A stretch of 64,000 bases of DNA. Origin: Girardia tigrina. Lineage: Eukaryota. Each line of letters begins with the position of its first letter. Position 1 is the stretch's first letter. The translations under genes and the position numbers were made by a program. The stretch covers positions 1-64,000 of the forward strand of contig MQRK01216646.1 in the NCBI GenBank assembly GCA_001938485.1. Reading direction: 5' to 3'. Of the stretch, positions 1-11,495 are shown piece by piece. Under the pieces are notes generated by a model. That model was not told where the DNA came from and made no database searches. It saw only the letters and a list, made by a program, of their open reading frames with translations.

Positions 1-246
1 GTTCCTTAGCAACCGTCACTAAGGTGACCGCGACCGTTGCCGTGGTAACGGTAACCCCCCGTGGGACATCGCGGCCGTAACTGAGGTGATCGCGACCGTT
101 GCCATGGTAACCGCGACCGCAACTAAGGTAATCGCGACCGTTGCCATGGTAACCGCGACCGTTGCCATGGTAACCGCGACCGCTGCTATGGTAATCGGGT
201 CGGTTGCCATGGTAACCACGATAACCCATATCGTTGCCATGGTTAC
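1..246. repeat. 21-bp tandem repeat (CGCGACC + 14-bp palindrome GTTGCCATGGTAAC)
   Basis: Exact GTTGCCATGGTAAC at 98, 140, 161 and 203. Variants at 36, 119, 182 and 233, plus GTTCCTTAGCAAC at 1. Units from 98 to 203 are spaced exactly 21 bp apart. Confidence 0.95.
36..246. promoter_or_regulatory. Cluster of RFX X-box-like sites
   Basis: GTTGCCATGGTAAC fits the established RFX/DAF-19 X-box consensus (GTTNCCATRGNAAC; palindromic optimum GTTGCCATGGCAAC). Function is inferred, not shown. Confidence 0.5.
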
Positions 247-975
247 GGCCAGGGGGGGGGGTGGTCGACAGAATGCCCATTTTCACACTACTTTTGAAAA
301 AAATTTTTTGTCATAATTAAAGAAAATAATACTTACAAAGAGTTGACTATAATTTTTAATTTAAGTAAAAAAAAATAAAATAATAATTCTGAGGATGTTT
401 TATCTTTAATATAAGTACACATTTATTCAACAAAAATATAATTTAGTTGTAAAAGTACCGAAAATTAAATGTATTTAAATTGAAAAATATGGATTCAAAC
501 ATTTTGATCTCTAGTACCTTTCTAGTACCTTTACCCTTGTTAAAAACCGTTGAAATTCAAAAAATAAGTCTTAAAATAATTGTTTTTCCTCAGGTAAGAA
601 GATTAGATAAATGTTCGTTTTCAACAATGTTTTGGACGCAAAATTTCAATTTTCTCCCTAAATTATTTATCAATCATAACAAACTTATTCTCAAAGTTGA
701 ATCGTCACTCGTCTCAAATCTTCAGTTCAACCATTTCCGAAGACATGAGTATTACTTCAAAGACAGGAAAGGTCTTAAAAGAAATAAAACCAGAAACTTG
801 TAATCCACACAGATAATTCATCAAAGTCTTTTGCCGATATATCTGTAAATACAAAACAAGCAAAAATATAAATATAATAAACATCAGTTTTCATTATTTG
901 ATATTTGTTATAATTTAAAATCAATGGCATTTTAAAAATAAGAGAAAAAAATATTTTATTAAATGATTTTGTTAT

Positions 976-1424
976 TGTGAGGAATATTTGGAATGTTGAT
1001 GTTTTTTGGTTGAATGTTGTGTCTTGATTTGGGACTGTGTCCCTCCTACCGAGTTGGCTGATTAATATTTTAATTCTTGTTATCTGAATCTAATTTATTC
1101 AAATTTAGATTTAATATTTAAATTTATTTTTAATTTTATATAACTTTAAATTTTAAATGATTTTTTTAATTTTAATTTTAACTTTGTAAATTATGAATTC
1201 AAATTAATATTATTAAATGATAAATAGTAATTTTAATTTTAAACCAATAACTTTTGTAGCAAATATTTTTAACGAATATGTAGCTTAAAGTTAGTTCAGA
1301 TTTTGGGATGAAAACTATTAAACTTTGACCGACATGAGTGAAAGTACTACTACGGATTGTCGTAAAGGTGATCCATATTGTAATGGTAGTAAATGTTGTA
1401 ATAAATGTGTGAGTTCTCTTAACA
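976..1424 (+). mobile_element. Solo LTR, TGTGAGGA...TCTTAACA family, copy 1
   Basis: TG...CA termini. Shares the core TTGATTTGGGACTGTGTCCCTCCTACC and an AATAAA near the 3' end with four other copies. Flanks GTTAT/TTTTT (degenerate TSD). Confidence 0.7.
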
Positions 1425-2427
1425 TTTTTTAAGAATAAATTCTATTTGTTCCACTCGATAAAATTTTTGCCTATACATATTTTGAAATATTTTGTCTTAA
1501 TAATCTATAAACAATTACAAGTAAAAAAAATAAAAATAAATGTAATACCTTGTTTTAAAATGTTTTGAAAGTAGATTTTATAAACAGTTTACTTCGGAAG
1601 CCTTTGCTTTAAAGATGAAAGTTTTTGTAATTTAAGACTGATCACAATAACGTATAACATGTCCATTTATACGTTTTATTTTCTAGACAGAGGTTTATCA
1701 TTGAAAGAAGAGAATGAGTTTCGAAACTTCTAGATTGTTGTGATCGGCATCAATCACTTCCTATGAAGTTAGAGACCTATCATAAATTTACCTGATGATT
1801 TTTTTCGTCATAATAAAACTAAATTTCATGTTCTCGTCTCGCTACTGAAGACCGAGGCACAATGAAATTTTGAACATCCTTGAGTCTAAAATCAGCTAAA
1901 ATATTTATATCACTGTCCTATTGATTCCTATATTAAGCAACTTTATTTTTCCTTACCAAGAAATAAAATAGTTTTATCGACATTAAATGCCCCAATTATA
2001 CTAATAACTCTATTGAATATCCTTAACAAAATGATCGATGAGGCGCTTCATAGTTACGAACTCTCTTTTTGTCCATGGTGGCAGACCAATGAAGACATCT
2101 ATTTGAAATAACTGCAGATATTATTAACTATTCCATTTCAAATTTTATTACGCATATTTTATTCCAAACTTATAAAGTTTATTTTGATTTTCAAAAGTTT
2201 TTTATCAAATTTAAATTTAAATTTTAATTATTTTTTAATTAAAAGTTTAAGGGCTTTTCAATAATGAGTCTTATGAAAGTTGTTGGAATTTCAGAAAACT
2301 CCTATATATTTTGAATTAAATCTAAAAAAAGAAATTTCCAAAATAATAAAAAATATATCATATATGTAATTTATATAGCAAGTTTAAGTATTTGAAAGAG
2401 TTATTTAGTTGATATATACCTTATATA

Positions 2428-3219
2428 TGCTCTCCGTCGATAACACACTCCCAGAACACAGTTAGCATTGCTGCTCACTTTTGCGAGGTGCCGATTCAAA
2501 GTTTTCGGGGAGAACTTTCACATGGGAAGCACCACTCAGAAGATTGACGCTTGCTCTCAGGCACATACAAGCTCACCGAGATTTCATCTTGTGTAACGAT
2601 ATTGTTGATGAAGCTATCACCAATTGTGCGAAGCAACTCAAAAATTGGCAGTGCAACACTGCAAACGTTTGTCGCACATTTCACCGGATAGGAATCGGGG
2701 AACAAAACGTTGAACACAGTTTGCGAACTCCAAATGATTGCAGAATATCATATGTAGAATGGTTGGTGATGGATAAACGCTGTGCAAATTCAAGGATGCT
2801 TATTCGTCTCTCTTTCGGCACGATTTATATGAACAAATCACTTTCCCGGGTAAAATTTCACACGGTCGTCCTGATCTCTCAGCATCAAAAACGGATTGTC
2901 GGCTATGTTTAAAGTCTCTGATCCAATTATACACTGTTGCACGTGATGGGCACTGGTCACCGCGCTTCTTGCAACTGCTGCAAAGTATCGTAGCTTTTAG
3001 TATTGCGCAGGAGCAGAAATTTTATCACGCTGCGATATTCGACGTTACTGTCGATGTCTACAGTAAAAGTGAAATAATGGATGTACCACTCACACACACA
3101 GGTTGGGTATTAGGAGTCATATCTGTAACCAATGATAGCTTATCTATTTATAGTATCAACGGCATATACGTCATAATCTTGTTTATCAACGAGTCTAAGT
3201 ACTTAGGGATCACACCACG
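2428..3219 (-). mobile_element. mariner element, 5' half (TIR plus degenerate transposase N-terminus)
   Basis: TA-CGTGGTGTGATCCCTAAGTAC TIR at 3219. Minus-strand translation gives VEYRSVIKFLL..PSRATVYNWIRDFK..DAERSGRP..NIVTQDE..YVPESKRQSSEW..MLTVFW. Truncated near 2428. Confidence 0.85.
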
Positions 3220-3916
3220 TAATGAAATAAAATTGTATATCTATAAGAAATTATTTTTAAATATAAGTTTCAAAACAAGTAAGGAGTTTCTTTAAACTCT
3301 AGATATGGTTCAGATGCCTCCTAATGACTGCGCCTAAATAAAACCATTCATATGTCTTCAATAACATGTAAATTAAATGAAGTTTTTTCAGAAGATTAAT
3401 AAGTAAAGATTTTCTTCTGGAAGTTATTGTTTAACTTGATTATAATTTTAGCATAAAATAAGAAAAGAAATAAAATTAGACGCAAAATAATTGAAACAAA
3501 TGAAAATTCAGATGGGAAAAAAATTAGATGAAATTGAAATTGGTAATTTGAGAAAGAGAATAATACTGGGGACACGCTATTCGGTGGCTGCCGGATTGAA
3601 GGAATAACGGGGAGACCATACGGGATTATTTTACTAGTTAAAAAAAAGAAAAAGGTGACAATTTATGTTTATTTTGAATTTATTTGGTCATTTGTTCAAA
3701 AGAAATTAAAACATGAATCTAAAAGTTTATCACTTTTGTCTTGAATAAATAAAAAAATAGTCTTTTTCGTTACTTTAAAGACTATTTTTCTTTCTTTAAA
3801 TTTTTTAGATTTGTAAAGTTATGTTCACAGAAAGATAATATACCTTAACATTTAACCCTATATCTTTAATTGTTAGTAGTGGATTCCTGATAGCCACTAT
3901 TACGATTCAATTTCAA

Positions 3917-6040
3917 CGTGAGGAATGTTCTGAATTGTTTATTCTTTTACCTTTTGCATGTGGTGTGTTGATTCGGATCGTGTATCTTCCACCAAGATGG
4001 TTGATTGGTATTTTCTTTGAAAATAATTTAATTAAATTTTAAAGTACAAATATTTGAAATATATTTTAAATGTACAGTATGTTGCCAAATTATTATGAAT
4101 AATTTTTTTGAAATTTTAACTTTGAATGAATTTTTTGAGTAAACAAAAAGTCATGCCATTTTTTTTTCATTTAGTAAAATGTTTGCTTAGTAATACGAAA
4201 GCCAAATATCAAATGAAAAATTTACATATAATGTACGAAAAGTGATATGAAGACCATTGATACAATTTTATTAAAAAAGCTAATATTTTGTAATACCACC
4301 CTTTTCTCGAAGTACGGCTTCTATGCATTGTGGCATACTTTCTATGAAGACTTTAATAGTATCTATGAAGTTTAAGGTATGATGCCACACTCTATCTATA
4401 ACTTCCTTTAGCTGTGTATTGGTTGTTATGACTTGTTTAGGTACTACCCTTTTCGTGATTTCCCATATGAGTTCAATGGGGTTCATATGCGTGAATTCCC
4501 TGGCCAGCATTAAACTTTAACATTTTTTTCATCTAAAAATGCAGTGACACTTCTGACTTTGGGACAAGGTGCCGAATCGTGCATAAAGATATAATCTTCC
4601 TCATTCTTTCAACTGAGAAAGAATATGAGTTTGGCACTCATTGGAATTGGTCCTTTCTTATCATCCTTTCCACAACGTGAAGAGGTCCCAAACCACTGAA
4701 TGAGATCAAATACCACACCATGACACTTATAGGATGTTTGACCTTTTCTTATAAGGCATTCCTTTAGGAACTGCTTTCAGGGTCGCCGTCGAACAAAGCA
4801 GCATTTGTCCACCCATATTTGAAAAAAGGAACGTTGGAGAAGCAGACTTATAAAATGATACCATAAAAAAGAAATATCATTTCTCAATAAAAAAATGTTA
4901 CTTACACGATGCCAGTTCTCAATGGTCATATGATTGTGCAGTTTAGCCAATCGAAGTCTCTTTTTTCATTACAAGAGTCAGGCGTGGTTTTTTAGTAGGT
5001 CGCTGACCCAGCCAAACGTCTCTGAACTGTCTTTTTGGAAACTTTAATTTCCTCGTTGTTTGTCATCGTAGCTAGGCGATCTAAACTCTATTTACGAATA
5101 TCGAGAAACAGATTCTTGATTTTGCGGTCAGTACGAGGAGTTGTGGCCCTTTTCCTGCCGCATTTTCCAACTTGACTTGCCTACAGAGGCTTGCTTTGAT
5201 CGATCTTGACCTAATATTGCTAATCAATGAGTTTGAAACGCCTGAATGTTTCGCTATTTCCCTTTGGCTATATTAGAATTTCCTAATTCTAATTTGGTGT
5301 TTAATAAAAGTGTTTCGATTTCTCTTAATTTTAACGGAGATGTATCAGAACACTTGCCCATGCTGTAAAAAACAAATTTTGATAATATCATAAAATACAA
5401 GCAAAATTAATGCTTTTTAGCATGGCAATAATAAAAAATTTACGATTTAAATTTTAAATATGGTTTTATCTAAAAATAATAAAGTTCATTTAACTAAAAG
5501 TTGTTAGAATGTTTCCTAAAAATGTTTATTCATTTTTTTAAACTAAATCATTATTACCAAAATTTAGGTCACATTGATAAAATTCATTACTCAGACAGAC
5601 GATTCAATCTGATATATTTCCGACAATTGTCAAGAACATTTACAAATATATCATCGTAAAATTGATCAAAAAATTAAATCCGAAACTATTCGTTTTCTCA
5701 AAAATATCATTTAAAGTTTAAAATACCTAAAAAAAATAATTGTCTATAATAATTTGGCAACGAACTGTAATATTTAAATTTTTCAAATGCAGTATTAATT
5801 TTTTTAATGTAATTTAACATTTTAATATCTTAATGTAATTGGTACTTCTTTTTTAAAAAATTTGATAATTAATTTATATTATAATATTTTTCAATTTTTC
5901 TCATATATTTGAATGATCTACAGGAAAATATTAATCAAGAAAGATGTTGTACATTGAAGATGATTTGAAGAATTGTTGCTACGGTAATTCTATTTGTAAT
6001 AATAATAAATGTTCAAAAAATCATATTAATGTTTTAAATA
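3917..6040 (+). mobile_element. Solo LTR family copy 2, split by the Tc1 insertion at 4075-5767
   Basis: Starts CGTGAGGAAT and carries the core GTTGATTCGGATCGTGTATCTTCCACCAAGATGG. About 430 bp remain after removing the Tc1. Flanks TTCAA/TTCAT. Confidence 0.6.
4075..5767 (-). mobile_element. Full-length degenerate Tc1-like transposon with intron-containing transposase
   Basis: TIRs CAGT(A/T)(T/C)GTTGCCAAATTATTAT and TA TSD at both ends. ATG at 5361 (MGKCSD) and C-terminus MNPIELIW..ESMPQCIEAVLREKGGITKY. Intron-like GTAAGT...TTTTATAA at 4848-4905. Frameshifts and stops present. Confidence 0.92.
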
Positions 6041-6400
6041 TTCATAACTTTATCTGTCTTTAGACAGATTTTCGTGCATTTAAATTGTCAATGAATCATG
6101 GCTTAAGTATTTCGTATCTTTTTTTCTTCAAAAAGATTATTATTTTCGTGTCCAATTTAATAGTACTTTTTTCTATCATTAAAATTATTGAATCAAAAGT
6201 CTTTAAATTGCAAAAATTGTCTACTACATTCATGAATAGATCCATATTTAGAAATTAATACTCTCTGAACTCCAAAAAGGCACTGATTTTACATTGACAA
6301 CAAAAACAATTTGTGGTGTTTTTAGAAAATTTATGAATGTCTTTAAAATACATTGAATGTTTCAAAACGTTTTGTTCTAGTAAATGTAATCTTTCTTATA

Positions 6401-7330
6401 AGTTGTGTCCACTAAAAAAGTGCACAAGTTTTAAAACCATCATAACTTTTTAATTAGACTAGATCATAATAACACAATAACTATTTTATTATATCAAACT
6501 ATTAAGGCCATAAGAGTTAGCAAGCATTATTCTTTGTCTAAAATTTGCAAATAATGTCCTAAAATATAAATAGTTAAACTGCTTTGCTTTAGTTTTGATT
6601 CTGCGAATCAACTGGTCTTCAGAATCGGCAGTCCAACCCTTTTCATACACCTTCTCCTTTAAATGAACCCAAAACTTTTCAATTGGGCGTATTTGGGGAG
6701 CACAAGGTGGATGCGACTCATCATCAAGTACAAAGTCGGTTTTGGTCTTTTCCACAACAATTTTAGCAAGATTTTGCAACCTGGCTTTCTGGCGAATAAT
6801 CTGTGTCGGAGTGACCTTTGGGGCTTCTTTCCTCTTTCGAAACACTATGTTATTAGTCTTGAGCATCTTATGCACGTAAGACTTTGAAACATTCATTTCT
6901 CTACCTAACTTTCTCACACTTTGTCCAACAGTCAAAGTNNNNNNNNNNNNNNNNNNNNNNNNNNNNNNNNNNNNNNNNNNNNNNNNNNNNNNNNNNNNNN
7001 NNNNNNNNNNNNNNNNNNNNNNNNNNNNNNNNNNNNNGTTGTATTATTGCATATATACCTCTTCTGGAAAAATGAATGCCAGTAAACTTTGTCACAGTCT
7101 CACTTTTACTGTGCGTTTTGAAAAAAATGATTATATCTTCATGTCGTTTTGAAATCACTATAATTTTCTCTAAAATAAAACATATTAAACCAAAAATTTT
7201 AAATACCTGCTTTACTATTTCTAACCTATTAAAACAAATATTTAAATTCCAAATTTACGAAATTAAATAATATTACATTAAAAAGTTATGATGGTTTTAA
7301 AACTTGTGCACTTTTTTAGTGGATACACCT
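6401..7330 (-). mobile_element. Tc1/ITm-family transposon with internal deletion (resembles the DD37E-type PQxRPIE motif group)
   Basis: About 52-bp near-perfect TIRs (AG(G/T)TGT(G/A)TCCACTAAAAAAGTGCACAAGTTTTAAAACCATCATAAC) flanked by TA. ORF 6489-6935 joins FVLDDES directly to HPPCAPQIRPIEKFW. Subfamily assignment is from memory. Confidence 0.88.
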
Positions 7331-8077
7331 TAATAATTGATTGGGAAGACATTCTGAGCATGATAATAATCTTATAGCAGCAAATGCTGTGATCAATAAG
7401 CACTGAACAACCAAAATTAATTGTGAGGACTGTGTAATTAATAATGTCATCAGGTAATATTTAAAGATATTTAGCAGAGAAGTTTAATATGAGGTTCGAA
7501 TATTAATTTTCAGATTTATTATTTGTGATTAAATATTGATTTCATTGATGTATAAGTTATAACAATAATTTTAATTTTAGTTTGAAGATAGTGGGTAAGT
7601 CTTCAACGTTTATTTTTCAAATAAATGTTAAATGAAAATAATACATAAATTAATAAATAAAAATCTCAAAATCCTTATCAACTTAAATAAGATTACAAAA
7701 TTTAATTTATTAAATTTAAATTGAACAGCTTGAAAAAAATATAAAAGTTTTTTTCAGTTAACATTTTTTTGTAATTTAAAACCATTTGTAACCGAAAGCC
7801 AAGAATTGATATTGCAAAATTTGTAAATTTAAAAGTAAAGTGGAAACGATTTAGCAAAATAGAAAAAAAATAAATTTGAAACATTTATAATTTATGTTTC
7901 TCAAAATTTTTTTCAGCTAGAAAAAACAGATCGTTTATAAAAAAAATTAAAATTAAAAGGAAATTCTAAATATTATAATCAAATAATAATGTCAAAATAA
8001 ATAAATTTTCGAATATCTTCGAAAATTTTCAGTTTTGTCTTCTTATTCAGGATGTTTCTGAATAAATTTATATAATA

Positions 8078-9251
8078 TTAGGTTGGTCGAAACATAATGG
8101 CGGTTTTGGGACACAAACTTCAAAGACGTGCAAATTCACAGAAACAAAAGTTTATTAATCAAAGTATGAACCGTTGATGTATGAACATTTTTGCCAACGA
8201 GAAACAAGTTGTTTTATTCCATCAGCATAAAATGCATCGGTTCTCGATGCAACGAATTCTTGGAAGGCATTTTGAGCATCATTTTGGTTTTTGAAAATTT
8301 TTTCACGTAGGAAGTTGTACAAATGCCTGAAAAAGTAGAAGTCCGTTGGTGAGAGGTCTGGTAAATATGGTGGATGAGGCAGGGTTTCATAGTCCAACTC
8401 ATTAAGCTATTGAAGAGTCACTTTTGAAATATGAGGTCTAGTGTTATCATGAAGAAGGATGGGACTTTTTCGATTGACCAATCCCGGACAAAGGGTTTTC
8501 AATTTTTTATGCATTTCATCAATTACATGACAGTACCTTTCCGCTGTGATTGTTTCACCTGGATTCAAGAAACTATAGTGGATGATTCCAGCATCACACC
8601 ACCAAACTGTCACCATAACCTTACGGGGTGTTAGTTTCGGTTTTNNNNNNNNNNNNNNNNNNNNNNNNNNNNNNNNNNNNNNNNNNNNNNNNNNNNNNNN
8701 NNNNNNNNNNNNNNNNNNNNNNNNNNNNNNNNNNNNNNNNNNNNNNNNNNNNNNNNNNNNNNNNNNNNNNNNNNNNNNNNNNNNNNNNNNNNNNNNNNNN
8801 NNNNNNNNNNNNNNTCTCTGATTGTTGTACGGGGATCTGTTTCCACCATTGTCCTCAAATTGTCGTTGTTCACAGCAACTGGACGACCACGACCTTCTTC
8901 ATCTTCATGGTTTTCATCTCCATCAGAAAATTTCGGAACCATCGTTGCACTGTGGCTCAGAAGCTGTTCCCTTGCCAAACGCTTTATTGATATTGCGAGC
9001 CGTTTCTGCTGCTTTACTACCCAGTTTAAATTCATACAAGAAAATTGCTCGAATTTTAATTTTTTCCATTATTAATTTAGCACCGTAAATATTCTAAAAA
9101 ATAACAGAAATGTGTTAATAATGGCTATAGGAATATATAGCTAGGCATAAGATTTCAAATAATATCTAACACTAATGCATTTTAACTTATATCAAAGTAG
9201 ATAAACAAAGTATAAAGCTGAAAAACCGCCATTATTTTTCGACCAACCTAA
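8078..9251 (-). mobile_element. mariner (Hsmar1/cecropia-like), full length, defective D,D34D transposase
   Basis: TIRs TTAGGTTGGTCGAAA..ATAATGGCGGTTTT with TA TSD. ATG at 9069 (MEKIKIRAIFLYEFKLG), then MVTVWW, LLHDNTRPH, PPYLPDLSPTDFYFF and GSYFD*. Internal N-gap. Confidence 0.95.
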
Positions 9252-9259
9252 TATAATAT

Positions 9260-10860
9260 AATATTTTCATTATCTATTTGTAAAACCCTTATCCAAGTTT
9301 ATCCAAGAATTCCATGTTTACGCCATTGATAGAATTTTGAGTAGAAATGAAATTTGTAATTCTAGAATTGTTTCAAAGAGCTTTGAGCATTTTTAGAAAT
9401 CAGAAGTGGATGGTTTGATCGGAGCAGACCATCTCCAATTACATCAAGAGATCAAGAAAGTCAGAGGAAAAGAAAATGATCTTATCACAAGATAAGCATA
9501 TTTGAAATGGAATTAGCTCTGGAAGAGTGCAGACAACGAGAACTAATTCGATTCAAACATAATTGATTCAGACTCCGTGTCTCAGAAATAGATTTAGAAA
9601 ATTTATTATGAAATTTCAGGGAAAAAGAAAATTTTAACGAATCAACCGAGAACACAAAAATGAGAATGGAATTTTGGAGACATTTAAAATGAGCTTAAGT
9701 CAAAATGTAAAACGCTTTGAAGTTAAATTGCCCCTTATCGGTGAGATTGACAATTTACCTGAGAGCAAGAAAATGTCTCAGTAAAGAATGAGAGTTTAAT
9801 TATGAGATTTAAAAGAGATAAGAATATTAAAGTAGAAAACGCGAATGATGAAGATTGCTTCGAAGTTAAATTGTATTTGATCGACGAGAGAGAAAATCTA
9901 CTCGTGAAACATTCAAAGACTGTTAAAGAGGGATGTATTGATGAACTGGAGAATGTTAATGAAATTAATGGAAAACAGATAAACGAGAGATTGATGGATG
10001 CAAAAACGATGGAAATTTAATTTGATCGATTAAAGGTTGATTCGAAATCATTGGTGATTGTGTGGAGGAGCTCAAACGATTTTGACATTGAAGAATTGGA
10101 CGAATTGAACGAAATTTGTGATAGAAAGGATTTTCCTAAAATTATAAAAGTAAAAGATCGTGAGTACGAAGAAAGTGAAAAATTATCGATAATTGAAACG
10201 ACGATTAATGAAGTGTTGAGTTTCGTCGATTTGGAAATATCTGATTTAGAGTTTTGCGAACTGTCTCTGACGTTGGAAAGTGCTAAGAAGAAAAGTTTAT
10301 AAATGATAGAAGGCCTTCGAGTTGTAAATAATTAATAAAAAGTGGAAAATTTTGAGAGATGAATTATTTGATAAAGAGAAGAGTCGTGGCAATATTGAAA
10401 TTCAACATTTCGATTCACACAGTGATTGAATATTGTGGAGAAATGAAGAGCGATTCAAATATAAGAACTCGGAAACAAGAAACAAGAAAAAAATGGTAAT
10501 TCAAAAAAAATAATTATGAAAACGCGCTCAGAAAAATACAATTTGATTAGACAACTTTTCTGTTTTGATAAATTTTGTTGTTTACGAATGATCGCTCTTT
10601 AGACAAGGACTTGTTTAAAATTGTTATGCTTGGGTGTGAAAAAATTATCCCTGGTATAAAGATAAAAAGGCAATGAAAGAAAGTCAGAAAATATCAAGAG
10701 TGTTTTGAATGTGAAAAAAATGAATATCAGAAAGAATAAAATGAACTGAACCTAAAGATGAGTCAAAGGGGAAAGATCTTTTGGAATAAATATATAATAG
10801 ATTAATATTAGATTACCATTATCTATTTTGAAAACATCTCTCTCTATCTTACTAAGACAA
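9260..10860 (+). mobile_element. Highly decayed BEL/Pao LTR retrotransposon pol remnant
   Basis: VDGLIGADHL.. and KRFEVKLPL..LPES motifs of the BEL protease-RT linker. Purine-rich coding strand and a PPT-like AAAGGGGAAAGA near 10765. Confidence 0.55.
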
Positions 10861-10979
10861 TTCAAATTGATAAGGCATTTTATGTGAATAAAAATTGTTG
10901 CAATTTTTATTGATTATAATCTATATTTATTGATATTTATATTTATTGATATTGTATAAGCTTGTGTTTACCCACTTTG

Positions 10980-11421
10980 ACAAAGTGGTCAACCAGAAAG
11001 GTCCACAAATGAAAAACGTTTGCAGTTCCAGTCTTTGACAAATGATTTTGCTAACTTTTGCAGCGCCGAAATGAATTCTTCACCTACCTCTCCGGTTTAG
11101 AGAGTTCATTTTCAAAATTTTTAACATGTACCTATGGAGTCTAGGTCGTAAGGCTCGAGCAGGGTCGCTTTCACCATGTCAAAGTTCTCCTTGTTGCTGA
11201 ATCACATCCCAGTCAACAGTTCGAAGGCATGGGTCTCTAGCAGCATTAGAATAGCCGCTACTTTGTTAATACCGAGATCACTTGTTCCGTCAAGCAAACG
11301 AATTGCTTTGACAAATTTCATTTTTGACCGGCCGCGGTAGTTTATAAGAAAGATTTAAAACGACTTAAAATTTATTTCTACGACAATTAATTGAAAGTCC
11401 AAATAACTCGTTTTCACCACA
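10980..11421 (-). mobile_element. LTR-retrotransposon remnant (short LTR-like start plus gag-like N-terminus)
   Basis: The minus strand starts TGTGGTGAAAAC and then reads MKFVKAIRLLDGT..NFDMVKATLL..GEEFISALQKLA. It resembles the start of the element at 12950. Confidence 0.5.
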
Positions 11422-11495
11422 ATATTAAACAAAAAATGTTTTGATTCCGCACGTAATTTTCATAAAACTACCCCTTATGCATTTAGGTTTAAATA

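Larger units (their letters stand above)
1..292. mobile_element. Terminus (part of the TIR) of a probable Polinton/Maverick element extending upstream of the window
   Basis: A GC-rich block ends abruptly at ...TTTCACACTACT (ACTACT at 287-292), whose reverse complement begins AGTAGTGTG, the AGT-repeat terminus typical of Polintons. A G-run and tandem repeats lie inside, and AT-rich DNA starts immediately after (TTTGAA is the candidate 6-bp TSD). The other end and coding genes are not in the window. Confidence 0.6.

Noticed and set aside
19-316. ORFs 19-240 and 86-316, and a CRISPR-like appearance
   Set aside because: The ORFs are translations of a stop-free 21-bp repeat. Spacers are 7 bp and nearly identical, there are no cas genes, and the context is eukaryotic.
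976-1065. In-frame TGA among Cys codons (CEEYLEC*CF..), suggesting selenocysteine
   Set aside because: The frame is not conserved among the five LTR copies. It is non-coding LTR sequence.
1334-1432. Apparent family of small Cys-rich peptides (MSESTTTDCRKGDPYCNGSKCCNKC; similar text at 5944, 21146 and 39247)
   Set aside because: The similarity stops exactly at TCTTAACA ends bounded by 5-bp TSDs. This is the TG-rich 3' part of the solo LTRs around AATAAA, and Cys positions and frames are not consistently kept.
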